Source: Eledone cirrhosa
Taxonomy: Eukaryota
DNA length: 64,000 bases
Direction of reading: 5' to 3'
NCBI GenBank assembly: GCA_964016885.1
Contig: OZ024741.1
Location: 345,836,001 to 345,900,000, forward strand
Shown here piece after piece: positions 44,209 to 57,289 of the stretch. Each line of letters opens with the position of its first letter. The first letter of the stretch is position 1. Both the position numbers and the translations under genes were made by a program. The notes beneath the pieces are model-generated. The model saw only the letters and a program-made list of their open reading frames with translations, searched no databases and was not told where the DNA came from.

Positions 44209-44737
44209 AATAATGTGCTTTATATGTGATAATATGAATAATGTGCTTTAGCTTTGTCTTCACAACATATTTTCCTATTTAATGTCACAGCCCCACTGCT
44301 CTTTTAATTTGTTATTGTGGCATCTGTTTATATAATCCTACTATTGTAGCTTAACAGTGGCTGATAGAATTTTGGAGGTGTATAGTTTAATGGAAAACGA
44401 TATGGAAGACTGCCAATTGAAGTCTGACTTCCATTGTAGATATGCAAATATTAATTCCGAAACATTAGTACAGTGAAATATACTTTTTTATTCATAGTAA
44501 TTATTAAATTTTAACGTACAGACAATTCTATGATCTATTCAAATGAATCTCAATGGACTCTAGTATCTAAATGGATTTAACAGAAATATTTATGATTGAA
44601 AAGGCTTCAGACAAGAACCAAATCATTGTAAATAGTTCTAAAACGTTTAAAACCCGTTACAACTTGAAATTGAAATAAAATTATATAGTTAACAATAGAT
44701 ATACAAATACAGAATAGTATAGTGTTTCGGCTTCAAG

Positions 44738-44814
<77 letters not shown>

Positions 44815-45026
44815 TAAACGGAATAGAAAATGCTGACAAATTGTTCACAGTTGAAAAATGGTTTAATTAGGAATAAAAGAGTATTAGTGATTGTATGGGT
44901 TAGTATTCAGTTGTGGTTTTAAGTTTTTAAGTTTTTACCGGTTGCGCATTTCTAAATGCTTTTCAAAAATAATTTTGAGATAGAGTGTCCGTGTTGTTTG
45001 CTCTGATCTGTATATATATAATATAT

Positions 45027-45305
45027 TAATTGTTTCCACTTTTGGCACAAGGCCAGTAATTACCCAGTACATTACTGGTACTTTATTTAATCGACCCCGT
45101 AAGGATGAAAGGCAAAGTTAACCTCGGCGGGATTTGAACTCAGAATGGCAAGGGCCGTAACTATATACGTCAAAGCATGGCGTCCGAACCTCTACCGACA
45201 CTGCCTATCCACCGCCCTTATATATAATATATTAATTGTGTCTACATTTGGAACAAGGCCAGCAATTACCCAGTGTATTACTGGTACTTTATTTTATCGA
45301 CCCCG
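45027..45305 (-). mobile_element. Two SINE family A copies (second truncated)
   Basis: 45027-45217 is full length and 45230-45305 is the 3' part only. Confidence 0.85.
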
Positions 45306-45310
45306 AAAGT

Positions 45311-45746
45311 AATATGTTAATAAATGGAAACTATATTTATAAAACCATATTTATTTTATTATACATATTTCAAGGGCAACCAAGGCAAATTAAGGTGCGC
45401 TTTCATTAGATAAAATACAGATTTGTTTTATAAATAAATACTGAGATACCTGGATAAAAAGACAACCTTAACGGTTGGAGCTTCCTGGATAGTTATGGTT
45501 GTCTTTTTTTCCTGGTATGTCAATATTTATTTATAAAACAAATGTGTATTTTATCTGATGAAAGCGCACCATAATTTGCCTTGGTTGCCCTTGAAATATA
45601 TATAATAAAATAAATATGGTTTTATAAATATAGTTTCCATTTATTAATATATTGTGTATTTACTCCACTAACTTGTTGGGTGCTTTATATCAGTTATAAC
45701 AATTTTTAAGCTTGTTGAATCCCAACAAATTAAATATAACCTCTGC
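45311..45746 (+). mobile_element. PLE foldback (family of the 33.4 kb element) with tail
   Basis: Arms 45311-45471 and 45492-45653, tail 45654-45746. Confidence 0.85.
45547..45612 (+). ncRNA. Type I hammerhead ribozyme
   Basis: TATTTTAT-CTGATGA-AAG...CTT-GAAA-T(ATAT)A-TA-ATAAAATA, 8-bp stem I. Confidence 0.8.
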
Positions 45747-45803
<57 letters not shown>

Positions 45804-45817
45804 AATATATACATACA

Positions 45818-45863
<46 letters not shown>

Positions 45864-46089
45864 CACATACGAGATAATTGTGTTCTCCCAATATTTACAT
45901 ATTGGCGGTAATTAGAATTGCATCGTATTTTGTGTACTATCCTACTTGACTACTACATCGGAAATAAGCAGTGTTGAAAATCTATAGGCAATAGAAGTTA
46001 TAATCAGTGCTGAAAGAAAAGGCGCAGTTGTTATTAGCAGATCAAGTAGCGACAATTAAACAATAGAAATTCAACACAAATATTATTCA

Positions 46090-47415
46090 GAGAGAACAAT
46101 AATCCCGCTCCTCTTCACCGTCGGTCTAGACAATGTTACACAGAGGAGTATCATCGTCCTTCTTAAAGTGTGGTACTAGGAAGATGTAACAGTAGGCGGG
46201 TTCGCAGAGAGTGTCTGCCATGATCTCCGATCAGTGGTTCCCTATCTGGTGAGAATGGGCCTCGATATCAACTCATTCAAATCAGAGGTGGTAAGCGTCA
46301 ATTACATAGTGATTCGCAGCTTCCATCTCGGACATGCTATCATTATTCAATCAGGTGTAGGTGACTTCCAAAGAAGAAGTTTTTATCTTCGTTTCGCCGA
46401 TCCTCCCGCCTGCCATTCGCTCCACCCTCAGATCCAGACTTCACCTTCACAATCTGACGAGCAGACTGAACCTGATCGACGGCTACGCGGTACTCTTTCT
46501 GTTAAGGCACAGGGTCCTCCGCAACACAACTGAATTCATTGTGATCGATGAATATGAGGCGGTCTAACCGACATATAACCAACTCGGCCTTTGCTCTGGA
46601 AACGTCCAGTGCAAGATGGCCTCATCCAGTGCAAGATAGCCTCAGAAAGGTTGGTGCGTCGGTTTAACTAACACCGTCTGGTATACTTTCGTTCAGTCTC
46701 CTAATCCCATAGCGGATCCTGGCGCAATGCAGTAACACCACTACCGTCTCGCAACCAGCTGGACAATGACTGCTTTCACACTGGAGTTACCTTTGGATTT
46801 GTGAGCATCACATATACCGCTACGAATTCACTGTGAATTCTTTTGGTCTCTACTCACTGTTAAGACGTTATAGAGCAGGCGGCCTCTCTCGTTATGCTGC
46901 TCTCAAAGAGATTATAAACCATAATCTGGACGCTGCAGGCTCCCATCCAAGCTCGAGCCAGCAAGCCTAGACCGAAAGGATGGCAAAAGATCAGACGGCA
47001 TGGCAATTTTCCCGTTCTGTGGGTGTAGGCCCCTCATTCGTGATGCCACATGTAACATCTTCACTTGCAGCAACCTTATTCGTTAGGCTAACAGCCCAGG
47101 CTTTCCTGCCCGCCAGGCTGAAGAGAGCAAACTGTCCAAGTATCGGCCGCACTCAGATAGGTTTGTGGTTGAGCCTGTGGCTGTGTTGACTTCCGGCTTT
47201 CTTCACCTACGTATCAGATCCCTGCTTACTTTTATTTGAGCGGAGAACGCTATCTGCAAGTACGAGTCCCGCGATGTGGATTGGGTGTTCCAGCGGGTGC
47301 CCCACACCGTACTCCGGGGCAATGTCTTCTCCATCCCGTTGGTCGCGAACACGAGGCGGACTGTCCCGTAAATTTCATTCATGGTGGTGGTATGATTTAC
47401 TTCCATAAGCCTGAG
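46090..47415 (-). mobile_element. Highly degenerate LINE-like fragments
   Basis: GC-richer block. Minus strand AILALDVSRA resembles the RT xLDxSKAFD motif. No continuous frame. Confidence 0.35.
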
Positions 47416-48534
47416 TAAATAAAGATGCAGAAACTTGAAAAACATTATCTCATTTTCATTCCTTGATTTACAGACCATCGACTGTATCTATAGCACTAGT
47501 GTGTGACATAAATAAATGTTGTGTGTAATGAAAATTGTAATTGAATTGGTAAAGTGTTGGATAAAATGCGGTTTTTGTTCTATATTGCATTCTGCGTTCA
47601 AATCCCACCAAGCTTAAATATGCTTTCATCCTTCCGGGGTTGGTAAAATAAACTACCAGTGCTGATTTATCCTTCCCCATATTTTCTTGCCTTTTACCTA
47701 AATTATAAATCAATAGCGTGTGTTTTATGTGAAGAGAAACTATTATTCTGATAAAGTGTTCAATGGCGAAATTGATACAAATTGATAAAATGGATATATA
47801 TTGTTTGTTATATATGTCAGTTCTGGGACAGCAATATGATACGTTCTGTACCAGATGATAAAGAGCAATTGGCTCCTGGAATGTTGTAAATTCTGAAGAG
47901 GACTGTGTCATGACTATCTGTTGTAGTGCTAAACATATATTAGAACTTGTGTGTGTGTGTATGTATCATTGACCTACAGTTAGTCTTGCAGCTACAGCTA
48001 TAGGTTGTTAACGATAATGCCTGTGTATTTATAATTACAAAAGTAGTTCAATGGGGCTATATCAGAACAATGCTGATGAAAATAATGTCTGGAAGCATAG
48101 CATGTCCTGTATCAATAATATAAATTAAAATTGGCAAAATTCAGAATGAAACCACAAAAACAATATAATGATAAAGCCAGTGCTGTTAAGATGCTACACA
48201 TATCTAACGGTATTTAGTTGTCTTTCTTTATTTTCTGAGTTCAAATCTCACTGCGGTTACCTTTAACTTTTAATTGTGTGAGTTTCAATGAAACAATTAA
48301 TTGTGCTGTTAGATCGAATTTCGTCCTTGCCACTTTGCTTGCTAGAAATGGCACAACAATCTCCATTAAACCACACTATCATTTTAGAAAAAGGCGAATC
48401 GGGCATGTGCTTAAACTAGAAAATAAGATTATTATCATGAATTTGCATCGGAAGAGCAGATGGGGTATGGTATCTGTCAAGATGCCTTTAGGACTTACAA
48501 AGATCTCTTACAGTTCAACAATTGAGTCAAGCTT

Positions 48535-49365
48535 CACTGAAGCTGGTTGAAATGTTCAAGTAGCCGGGGCCAATTTCACGAGCATTGGAAAGCTGGAGGC
48601 TGAATTAAATGCAGGAATTGCAGAAGCTGGTGCATTAATGCCCCAGCTTCGGCATTCGGTCATCAGAAGAAAAGAGGTAGGTGTAAAAGCCAAACTCGAT
48701 ATCTTCAATTCCATGTTCCTGCCTACTCTTACATATGGTCATGAATTCTGGGCAATGAGCAAAACGATATGATCCCGTATACAAGCGGCCGAAATGTTTT
48801 TTTTTCCGTGGTATCTTTGAAGTAACGTTACTCGATAGAGTACATGGCTATTTCTCCGAATTGAGAGATCACAGCTCCCATATTACGGGCATGTTGTTAG
48901 AATGTCTCAGGAAAGAATCGCTGGACACATTTTACGGGTAAAGTCAACCGAAAGGAGACCCAGGTGTATACTTCGAGCAAGGGAGTTGGATAAAATCCAT
49001 GAAATCGACTGGTCTCACTTGTAGACACAGGTGGGTCAATAGGAGACGGTTGCTTCTGATAGGATCGGCTGGAAAGCGGGCTTGAGGTCACTTCTACCAC
49101 GAAACTTCAAAGAACAAGAGGGAGAAGAAGAAAAAGAACAAGAAAACGAAAAAAAGAAAAAGAAGAAAAAGAAGAAAAAGAAGAAAAAGAAGAAAAAGAA
49201 GAAAAAGAAGAAAAAGAAGAAAAAGAAGAAAAAGAAGAAGAAAAAAAAGAAGAAAAAGAAGAACAACAATAACAAAAAGAAGAAGAAAAAGAAGAAGAAA
49301 AAAGAGAAAAAGAATAATAATAAGAAAAAGAAGAAGAACAACAACAACAAAAAGAAGAAGAAAAT
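48535..49365 (+). mobile_element. RTE-clade LINE 3' fragment with (GAA)-rich tail
   Basis: KAKLDIFNSMFLPTLTYGHEFW...RIQAAEM...RIERSQLPYYGHVVRM. Homologue at 62680-63150 (-). Confidence 0.85.
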
Positions 49366-49962
49366 GATTTTTTTATATCACGTTCTGGGCAATGCAAGAA
49401 TGGCGTAGATATAAAACGAGGCTCAAATGAAGTATAGGAAAATTATAATTTATAATTAAACATTCAAGTTTGTAATTAAACATGAAGTTCATTTGTGAAA
49501 CGCTGTCTTAATTGACTGGTTCATAAAGTGGGGACATATACACCAAACACAAGGTATAACGAGAAATATTTGTAATGTTTGTAATGTTTGTTATATAGTT
49601 CTTGTTATTTCTGTTGCTTTTATTATATTGTTGTTGTTATTGTTATTTTTATTATATTGTTGATTTTATTATTGATTTTATTTTGGTCTGTTAATTAAGT
49701 ATGTTCATAAAGTGGTAATGAGAGACAAGTGCCTACATTAATTAATTTTAAAAAGACCAAATATACATCTACTTATCACATACACGAGTGCATTGAGTCA
49801 AGTACAATTATTTGAACTTATCAGATGTGAATCAACCAGCAATGTTCCGGGTTCAATTCTATTATGATACAGTCCCTTGGGCAGAGGTCTTTTACTGTCA
49901 CTTTGTATAAACAAAATATATTCACCACAGAATGGAAATACGAAAAGAAGTTGAAATTTCAA

Positions 49963-50030
<68 letters not shown>

Positions 50031-50074
50031 CCACCACCACCATCACCACCACCAGCAACAGTATTATCCCTAGC

Positions 50075-50355
50075 AGAACGGGAGCATTCCTAGTTTTGTG
50101 AGACGGGGAGCGGTGGTGCTTCTGAGAAAAGACCCTCACAAGGGGGACGTTATAGACAACTTCAGGCCCATAACTCTGCTAAACGCAGATTTCAAGATTT
50201 TGGTCAAGGTGTCAGCAACGAGATTAGCGTCGGTTATCTAGTGGGAGAGGCGCAGACATGCGCCATTCCAGACAGATTCATCTACGACAACCTCCACCTC
50301 ATGCGATACATCATAGAGAGGGTGGTTAAGGAGCCTGGCACGGGTGGGGCCCTGC
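50075..50355 (+). mobile_element. L1/Tx1-like RT fragment
   Basis: DNFRPITLLNADFKILVK...QTCAIPDRFIYDNLHLMRYII. Confidence 0.85.
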
Positions 50356-50454
50356 TAAAAATATACCCCAAAAGTATCTTCTGTTCTACTCATTACTGAA
50401 AGTCCTGCTGAAGGTGAACGAAATTTCAGATGAAGTACTTTTACAAAGAACCCT

Positions 50455-50670
50455 CGCTGGATTGGCAGAATCGGTAGAGCGCCGGAAAACATACTTTGCA
50501 GCATAGTGTTACAATCCTTTACCTTCTGAGTTCAGTTCCCACCGATGTTACATTTACCTTTTATCCTTACGGCATCGATCAAACAAAGTACCAGTCATGC
50601 ACTGGGGTCGATTGAATCGACTTTCCCCTCAACCCCCAAATTGCTGACCTTGTACCTCAATCAGAAGTCA
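50455..50670 (+). mobile_element. SINE family A (diverged)
   Basis: Matches the family A consensus. Confidence 0.75.
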
Positions 50671-50813
50671 TTATTTTGAATAATTAATTTGTGTAACTAA
50701 AGATTAGTTGAAACACATGTTCATGCATTGTGCTCTATATGTGCCACTCATTGTGTTTTGATATATCTTAGTTGTTATTTTCTATGTAATTACCATGTTT
50801 TGACTATGTGTGA

Positions 50814-51160
50814 AGGGTTTGTCATGTGCATAGTCTTGTCACCCTCTACTAAAAAGTAATGAGAAACAGTTTATGTTCCCATCGCAGCATCGTCCTCTTC
50901 GGAGGGGCTGGTTTGCCGAATCTTGCAGTGAAGTCACGTCACACATCCTCCATGCTCTTGCCAGAATGCACACGATCATGTGTCCATACACTTGTAAGCA
51001 GCCTCACTTCTAAACTGTAGGAGCTCTGAAATAGAAAATTGTATTATTATTATTATATATTATAATTAATGATATTATATATTATATTATTAAAGCAAAA
51101 AATAATGGAAGTTAAAACAATATGTGACAAGGGGTGACAAGACTTTCGGACAACGCTGTA
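50814..51160 (-). mobile_element. Small Tc1/mariner deletion derivative with HTH (DUF4817-like) remnant
   Basis: Minus strand YSLEVRLLTSVWTH...DFTARFGKPAPPKRTMLRWEHKLF. AGTCTTGTCACCC occurs inverted near both ends, and the right end reads TA|CAG on the minus strand. Confidence 0.6.
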
Positions 51161-51324
51161 GTTGACGGTATTAAGGCGAGAAAAAGTTGGCTTCTGGTTG
51201 GTTAAGGTTGGTTAAGGTTAGCATGAAATCCTTGTAGAGAATGGTTTCTATCCCGGTGTAGGTGTGATCTTCACGTACACAGACAAAACATAGAAATTAC
51301 GTGCAGACTGTCATTCATTGAGTA

Positions 51325-52105
51325 ATTTGTTATTTTGTGTCTCTGCTTCATTCTGTCCTACACCGTATTGTTTTTGCACCTGGGATGCGCATGCGTTATA
51401 TCCGTGTATGTGAGTGTTTATTTATTTATACGTTTATTTATGTCACTAGTTGGTTGCTTGTTCTATCTGTGTGTGTCTGGTTTGTTTTATCAGTTTGGTT
51501 CTTGTGTGTCTTTATCCTGTCCTTAATTACTAGTTGTGATGTTGTTGCTATTCCACTCATGTTTTTTTGTTTAACTTTGGTTGGAGCTCGTTTATGTTTG
51601 TTGCTTCTGTAATCTGTTGGAACATTGCGTCTTTTCTGTGTGTGGATATGAATTGTTTTCTATGTTCTCTAGTGTAGCCCTATGTTTCCTTTTGGCATGT
51701 TGGTGAAGTACTGATGAGTTCTTCCCATCCTGGAGTTCTCACTAGTGTCCATTTATTTTTTCTTCTATGCTACAGACCGTCTCAACTATATAAGTTGTGT
51801 TCCTATTCCTACACTGTCTCTTTATACATCTTATGTTATATACTACGTTCCTAGTTTTCTATTATATACTATTATATACTGTTATATACTACGTTTCTAG
51901 TTTTCCAGTTAATTTGTGGGCTTAATTTGCAAACTATATATTTCCTATCCTATCAGTACAGGTTTTTGTTTTCCTCAAAAGAATATGCTCAAAAAGATAT
52001 GCTTTAATGGGAATACATGGTTTTTGAACTATCTTAATATTTAATTTTAGTTTGTCTAGAGCCCTTCTAAATCTGTTAGCTATTTCGCTAATGGGGGTTG
52101 CATTG
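51325..52105 (-). mobile_element. Diverged PLE family 1 relative (GIY-YIG region)
   Basis: ANRFRRALDKLKLNIKIVQKP. Aligns with 12830-13540. Confidence 0.8.
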
Positions 52106-52364
52106 ACGACAATTTCCCTGGTATTTAATACTGCTTTTATATATAAATAGAATATAGGTGTACAAAGAGAATTTCTTCTGTGCATGGATTTACAGACCGA
52201 TATTCTTTCAATGCTTAAGTCGCTAAACACTTCCTCAGCAGAGGGAACACATATAGATATCGCTATTGGTAAAGCGAAAATACGTCATATATAAAGAGAA
52301 TATGACGAGTAAATAACTCACTAGAACAACAGAATATCACTTACATATTATTAGCAATAACACG

Positions 52365-52403
<39 letters not shown>

Positions 52404-52407
52404 ATAT

Positions 52408-53406
52408 AACAAAGGAATATTCGTAAGGAACCAGATGGACCATAACGCACCAGAGTACTCAATACTTAGGGTAGTAGAGTGTGGGTAATAGGTAAAAGTA
52501 TGACCCCGACGACAGAGCTCAAGCCGTTTCGACGGCTATTTCTGGACTAAATTAGAATTTTTAGCCTGGTAAATAAATAGCCGAACTTTTCAAGGGGGTA
52601 CCTCCTTATATGGGAAGATTGTAGTTGTCAAGAGGATTGGTTAAAATTTGTTGTAAATACAAATAAGTCTATCATGGCATTTGGTGGGAGTTAGGGGTGG
52701 CTGAACTGTCTGTAGAACAATAGGGGAGTGACAGGAGCGATCAAGCGTTGAAAGTAATATGTATACAGCAGATTCTGAGGATAGAGTATGAAGTGGAGGA
52801 GGGAGGTTATAAAATAGGTAAATCGAATGAGAGTAGGAGACAATTATAGATAATAGAAATAAATAAAAAAATATATAAAATTAGATAGTGAGAAATGAAT
52901 AAAAAAATAAGGGGTTTAACATGTCTGCTATAAGTAGTTATAAAAAACGTATTAGGCCAATTTTATCTTAAGATTACAGGGGTGGGTGAACTGATGCTAC
53001 AGAGGCCCGATGGGCTGCATCGAGGTAGGTGAAGGGGAAAAGCAGACGAGGAAGAACATAGGGGGTGGAAGGAAGTGATAGGATGAGACAGGGGAAAGAA
53101 GAAGACAAAGAGGAAAGAAAAGAATCTGCTGTATACATATTACTTTCAACGCTTGACCACTCCTGTCACTCCCTTATTGTTCTACAGGCAAGTTCAGCCA
53201 CCCCTACCTCCCACCAAATGTCATGATAGACTTATTTGTGTTTACAACAAATTTTAACCAATCCTCTTGACAACTACAATCTTCCCATATAAGGAGGTAA
53301 CCTCTTGAAAAGTTCGGCTATTTATTCACCAGGCTAAAAATTCTAATTTAGTCCAGAAATAGCCGTCGAAACGGCTTGACCTCTGCCGTCGGGGTCATAC
53401 TTTTAC

Positions 53407-53410
<4 letters not shown>
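52408..53410 (-). mobile_element. Family S long foldback
   Basis: Tail 52408-52487, arms 52488-52776 and 53121-53410. Both arms contain the TTGAAAA-core hammerhead. Confidence 0.88.
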
Positions 53411-53477
<67 letters not shown>

Positions 53478-53479
<2 letters not shown>

Positions 53480-54030
53480 GAAGGTTTAACAAATAAGAAA
53501 AAGTGATACTGAACTTGCCTGTAGAACAATAGGGGAGTGACAGGAGCGGTCAAGCGTTGAAAGTGATATGTATACATATCACTTTCAACGCTTGACCGCT
53601 CCTGTCACTCCCCTAATGCCATAACTCTGGTAAACGCAGATTTCAAGATTTTGGTCAAGGTGTCAGCAACGAGATTAGCGTCGGTTATCTAGTGGGAGAG
53701 GCGCAGACATGCGCCATTCCAGACAGATTCATCTACGACAACCTCCACCTCATGCGATACATCATAGAGAGGGTGGTTAAGGAACCTGGCACGGGTGGGG
53801 CCCTGATAAACTTCTACAGTGCTAAAAATATACCCCTTATGCCATGATAGACTTATTTGTGTTTACAACAAATTTTAACCAATCCTCTTGACAACTATAA
53901 TCTTCCCATATAAGGAAGTACCCCCTTGAAAAGTTCGGCTATTTATTCACCTGGTTAAACATTCTAATTTAGTCCAGAAATAGCCGTCGAAACGGCTTGA
54001 GCTCTGCCGTCGGGGTCATACTTTTACCTA
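53478..54030 (+). mobile_element. Family S rearranged copy with captured LINE DNA
   Basis: Perfect hairpin 53530-53615, insert 53619-53836, pLTR 53840-54030. Confidence 0.85.
53916..54023 (+). ncRNA. Extended type I hammerhead, U3:A8 core variant
   Basis: AAGTA-C-CCCC-TTGAAAA-G-tt-CGGCTATTT...AAATAGCCG-t-C-GAAA-CGGC(ttgagctct)GCCG-TC-GGGG-tca-TACTT. Confidence 0.75.
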
Positions 54031-54085
54031 TATATATATATATATATGATATATATATGTATGTATATATATATATATATACATA

Positions 54086-54126
<41 letters not shown>

Positions 54127-54144
54127 CACACACTTACACACACA

Positions 54145-54319
<175 letters not shown>

Positions 54320-55153
54320 AAAGTTTCATACACTTATGAAACTTTATGAAACTTTTTTATAGTAAATAAACTCTCTTGCAACAACAGATTGAGCAGTTTT
54401 CGTTTTCCTTGATCTCTCATCTACAGATTTCTACCAAAACACACACTCACTCACACACACACACGCCCGCACGCGCGCACATACACACACACACATATAT
54501 ATATATGTGTATATGTATATATGTGTGTGTGTGAGCGTATATCTGTTTATATATTTATATTGACATACGCTCACACATATATACCCATACAAAAATACAC
54601 ACATACAAACATATATATTATTTGTGCGTTGAATGAGAACAGCGTCATTTGAATAATGAACAGCAATTAAAATTAAGAATAGTTCGCAATAAATTAGTCA
54701 TACTGAAAGCTTATGCAACATGAAAGGAATATATGGCAAACTCATCATAATACACTAATATAATCTGAGATTTTCAAATCGAATATAAGATGTAAACATT
54801 TTTCAGTTGGTTTAAGCATCTAACAAATCCCATGTTGACCATGATTTCTATATACAGAGCAATGCTAGTGAAGATGAGAGCCTCTATAAGGTCGCTGGAC
54901 ATGCTAGAAATAGCTGTCAAATTTGTCTAAAAATGCATCTTTCTATCTGAAATAGAGAAGGTTATAATGGAAGATGATACCGTCGTCTTATATATTGTAT
55001 GTTTATATATACGTACGTCCGTATGTATGTATGTATGTATGTATGTATGTATGTATGTATGTATGTATGTATGTATGTATGTATGCATGCATGTATGTAT
55101 GTATGTATGTATGTATGTATGTATGTATGTATGTATGTATGTACGTATGTATG

Positions 55154-55696
55154 TTGGCGACTAAACTGGCAACCCCACCAAGGTTTCTTGGTGAGGAGGG
55201 TGACTTTGGACATCCTGCAGGACTAAAAACAAAACCTGTCAAAGGGCAAAGAGCTCTTAAGAGTTAATGGCCATCCAAAATCACCGGGGTAGATGACCCC
55301 TTAGCCTTTGTCAAGGCACAATTCTAGGAGAAGGAAAACTCTGATATAACACCTGCAACTCTGATGGTATCCAATGATGTTGACTTGTTCTTCTTTTTGG
55401 TAAATATCATCTTGGTTAAGAGAGTGGGACTGGCTTTGTGTAGTGCCTTTGCTCACTATAAAAGCTTCACGGCACAGGCATTGCTTTATATCTGAAGATC
55501 TCTCTGCACTTGTCGTCACATGGTACCATGGGCCCAGCACTATGTGTCAGTAATTGTCACAAGTGTAGTGTTTGTACCAGAGTTTTCAAGTCGGTGGCTG
55601 GACTAAAAAGTCACACTCGTTCAGCGCATCGGTAGGGGTTCTCCTACATGGATATAAAGTAGTGGCCGTACTCGAAAACGAGTTGGCAGCCACCAT
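55154..55696 (+). mobile_element. Short non-coding element bounded by (TATG)n, possibly an internally deleted RTE-like LINE
   Basis: Structured 5' part and 3' hairpin GTGGCCG...CAGCCAC. Weakly similar element at 56910-57215 (-). Family assignment is from recollection only. Confidence 0.45.
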
Positions 55697-57223
55697 GTAT
55701 GTATGTATGTATGTATGTATGTATGTATGTATGTATGTATGTATGTATGTATGTATGCATGGGAGAGATAACCCCTTAGCCTTTGTCATGTATGCATGTA
55801 TGTATGTATGCATGTATGTATGTATCATACGTCTCATATGTATATTATTGGTGTACAAGCAGACGAGAGGCGACTTCTATCATACGTCGACTCGATCAAT
55901 ACATACCATGGAATAAACGACAACAACATCAACACTATCAACAACAATATTAGACAAATCAAAACCCAATTAATATTAAATTTAATCTCTGTGATCCAAT
56001 GATTTCCCTCAATTTGTAAAACGCTTTGAACAAAATGATATGTTTATATTGAGATACTCAGATATTTCCTTCCTTCTCTCACATACATAATCCACCTCTT
56101 TAAATCTTTCCCCTTATTTCCGCCCCACTAGATTGTTATACACTAAAGATTTTATATATCTTTACACCTTGGCGCATCACCTCTCTTGATACCTTATTAC
56201 ATCACAAGGACAGCCTCCCATCTTTAATTATTTCTGGTCTGTGGCATCATTCTTCAACATAATATCTCCATCTTTCTTAGTCATGTTGAAAACGACTTCA
56301 CACTTAATTGATTCTCCTATAAAAGTGAGATATAGCATGTGGGCCTTTATTAAAATCAAAATGTGAACCAACTACACAAAGCTTCCTGTTCATTGGACAC
56401 ATATTTAAACGACTGTTTTGGCATAACCACTATAACTTTATAACAGATCAACTCCTTCATCTCCTTTCTTAACTCCTACCACTCCACACTAGAATCCATT
56501 TATTTATCTCCGACAATTTTGTTAAATGTCTAGGTATATGTCCCCCCATCCAAACTTCCTTCCACAGATCCTATCTTATACAAACCCACTGACACTTACA
56601 TAGTGTGCTACCACAGTGCGCTATCACAGTATGCTACTTCATCAACACTGAGAGGGACATACTAAATCACTAAAATTCCGGAGACATAAATATTATCGCT
56701 TGCTCGTTTCCCTCACACACACACAGAGTAACATAAGAAGAAACATCTCGCACACGCACGCCGAGAACATGCAAATACTACATACCAATCAAAGTTATAC
56801 ACATATTATTAAAACATCATATACTTATTACACATGATTAAATATCAACTACATACATGCATACAGGAAGCATCATGCATAAGTAAACATACACATATAT
56901 ACATACTTACATGATGGCTGCAAACTCTGCTAAGAGTACTGCAATTGCTTGGAGAATTATAGCGTTTGGTGCACTTTTAGGCTACGCCCAATCACAAAAA
57001 CCCGTAAGATATGCGGAACAAGCAATGCCTGTGCTTTGAATGTTTTTTAAGTCGGGAAAGGCCTTGCACTCAACCAATCCCACTCTCCGAGCATCGAAAA
57101 CATTACCCGAAAAGGAGAACTGGCCAACATCATCGGATGCTTCCGAAGCCGCAAGTTTTTTCAGAGTTTCTCCCTCCTAGAAAGGTCTTCTGGCAACAAC
57201 TGGGGGCCTTTCACGTACATACA

Positions 57224-57257
<34 letters not shown>

Positions 57258-57289
57258 CATACATACATACATACATACATACATACATA

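Noticed and set aside
41602-44263. Long poly-Asp, Met, His, Thr and Val ORFs (up to 683 aa)
   Set aside because: Trinucleotide arrays lack stops in several frames at once, and there is no non-repetitive coding context.
56000-56800. Possible decayed TE coding sequence here and at 33250-33420, 59820-60800, 62030-62450 and 63830-64000
   Set aside because: No motif could be supported by eye. A profile search is needed.
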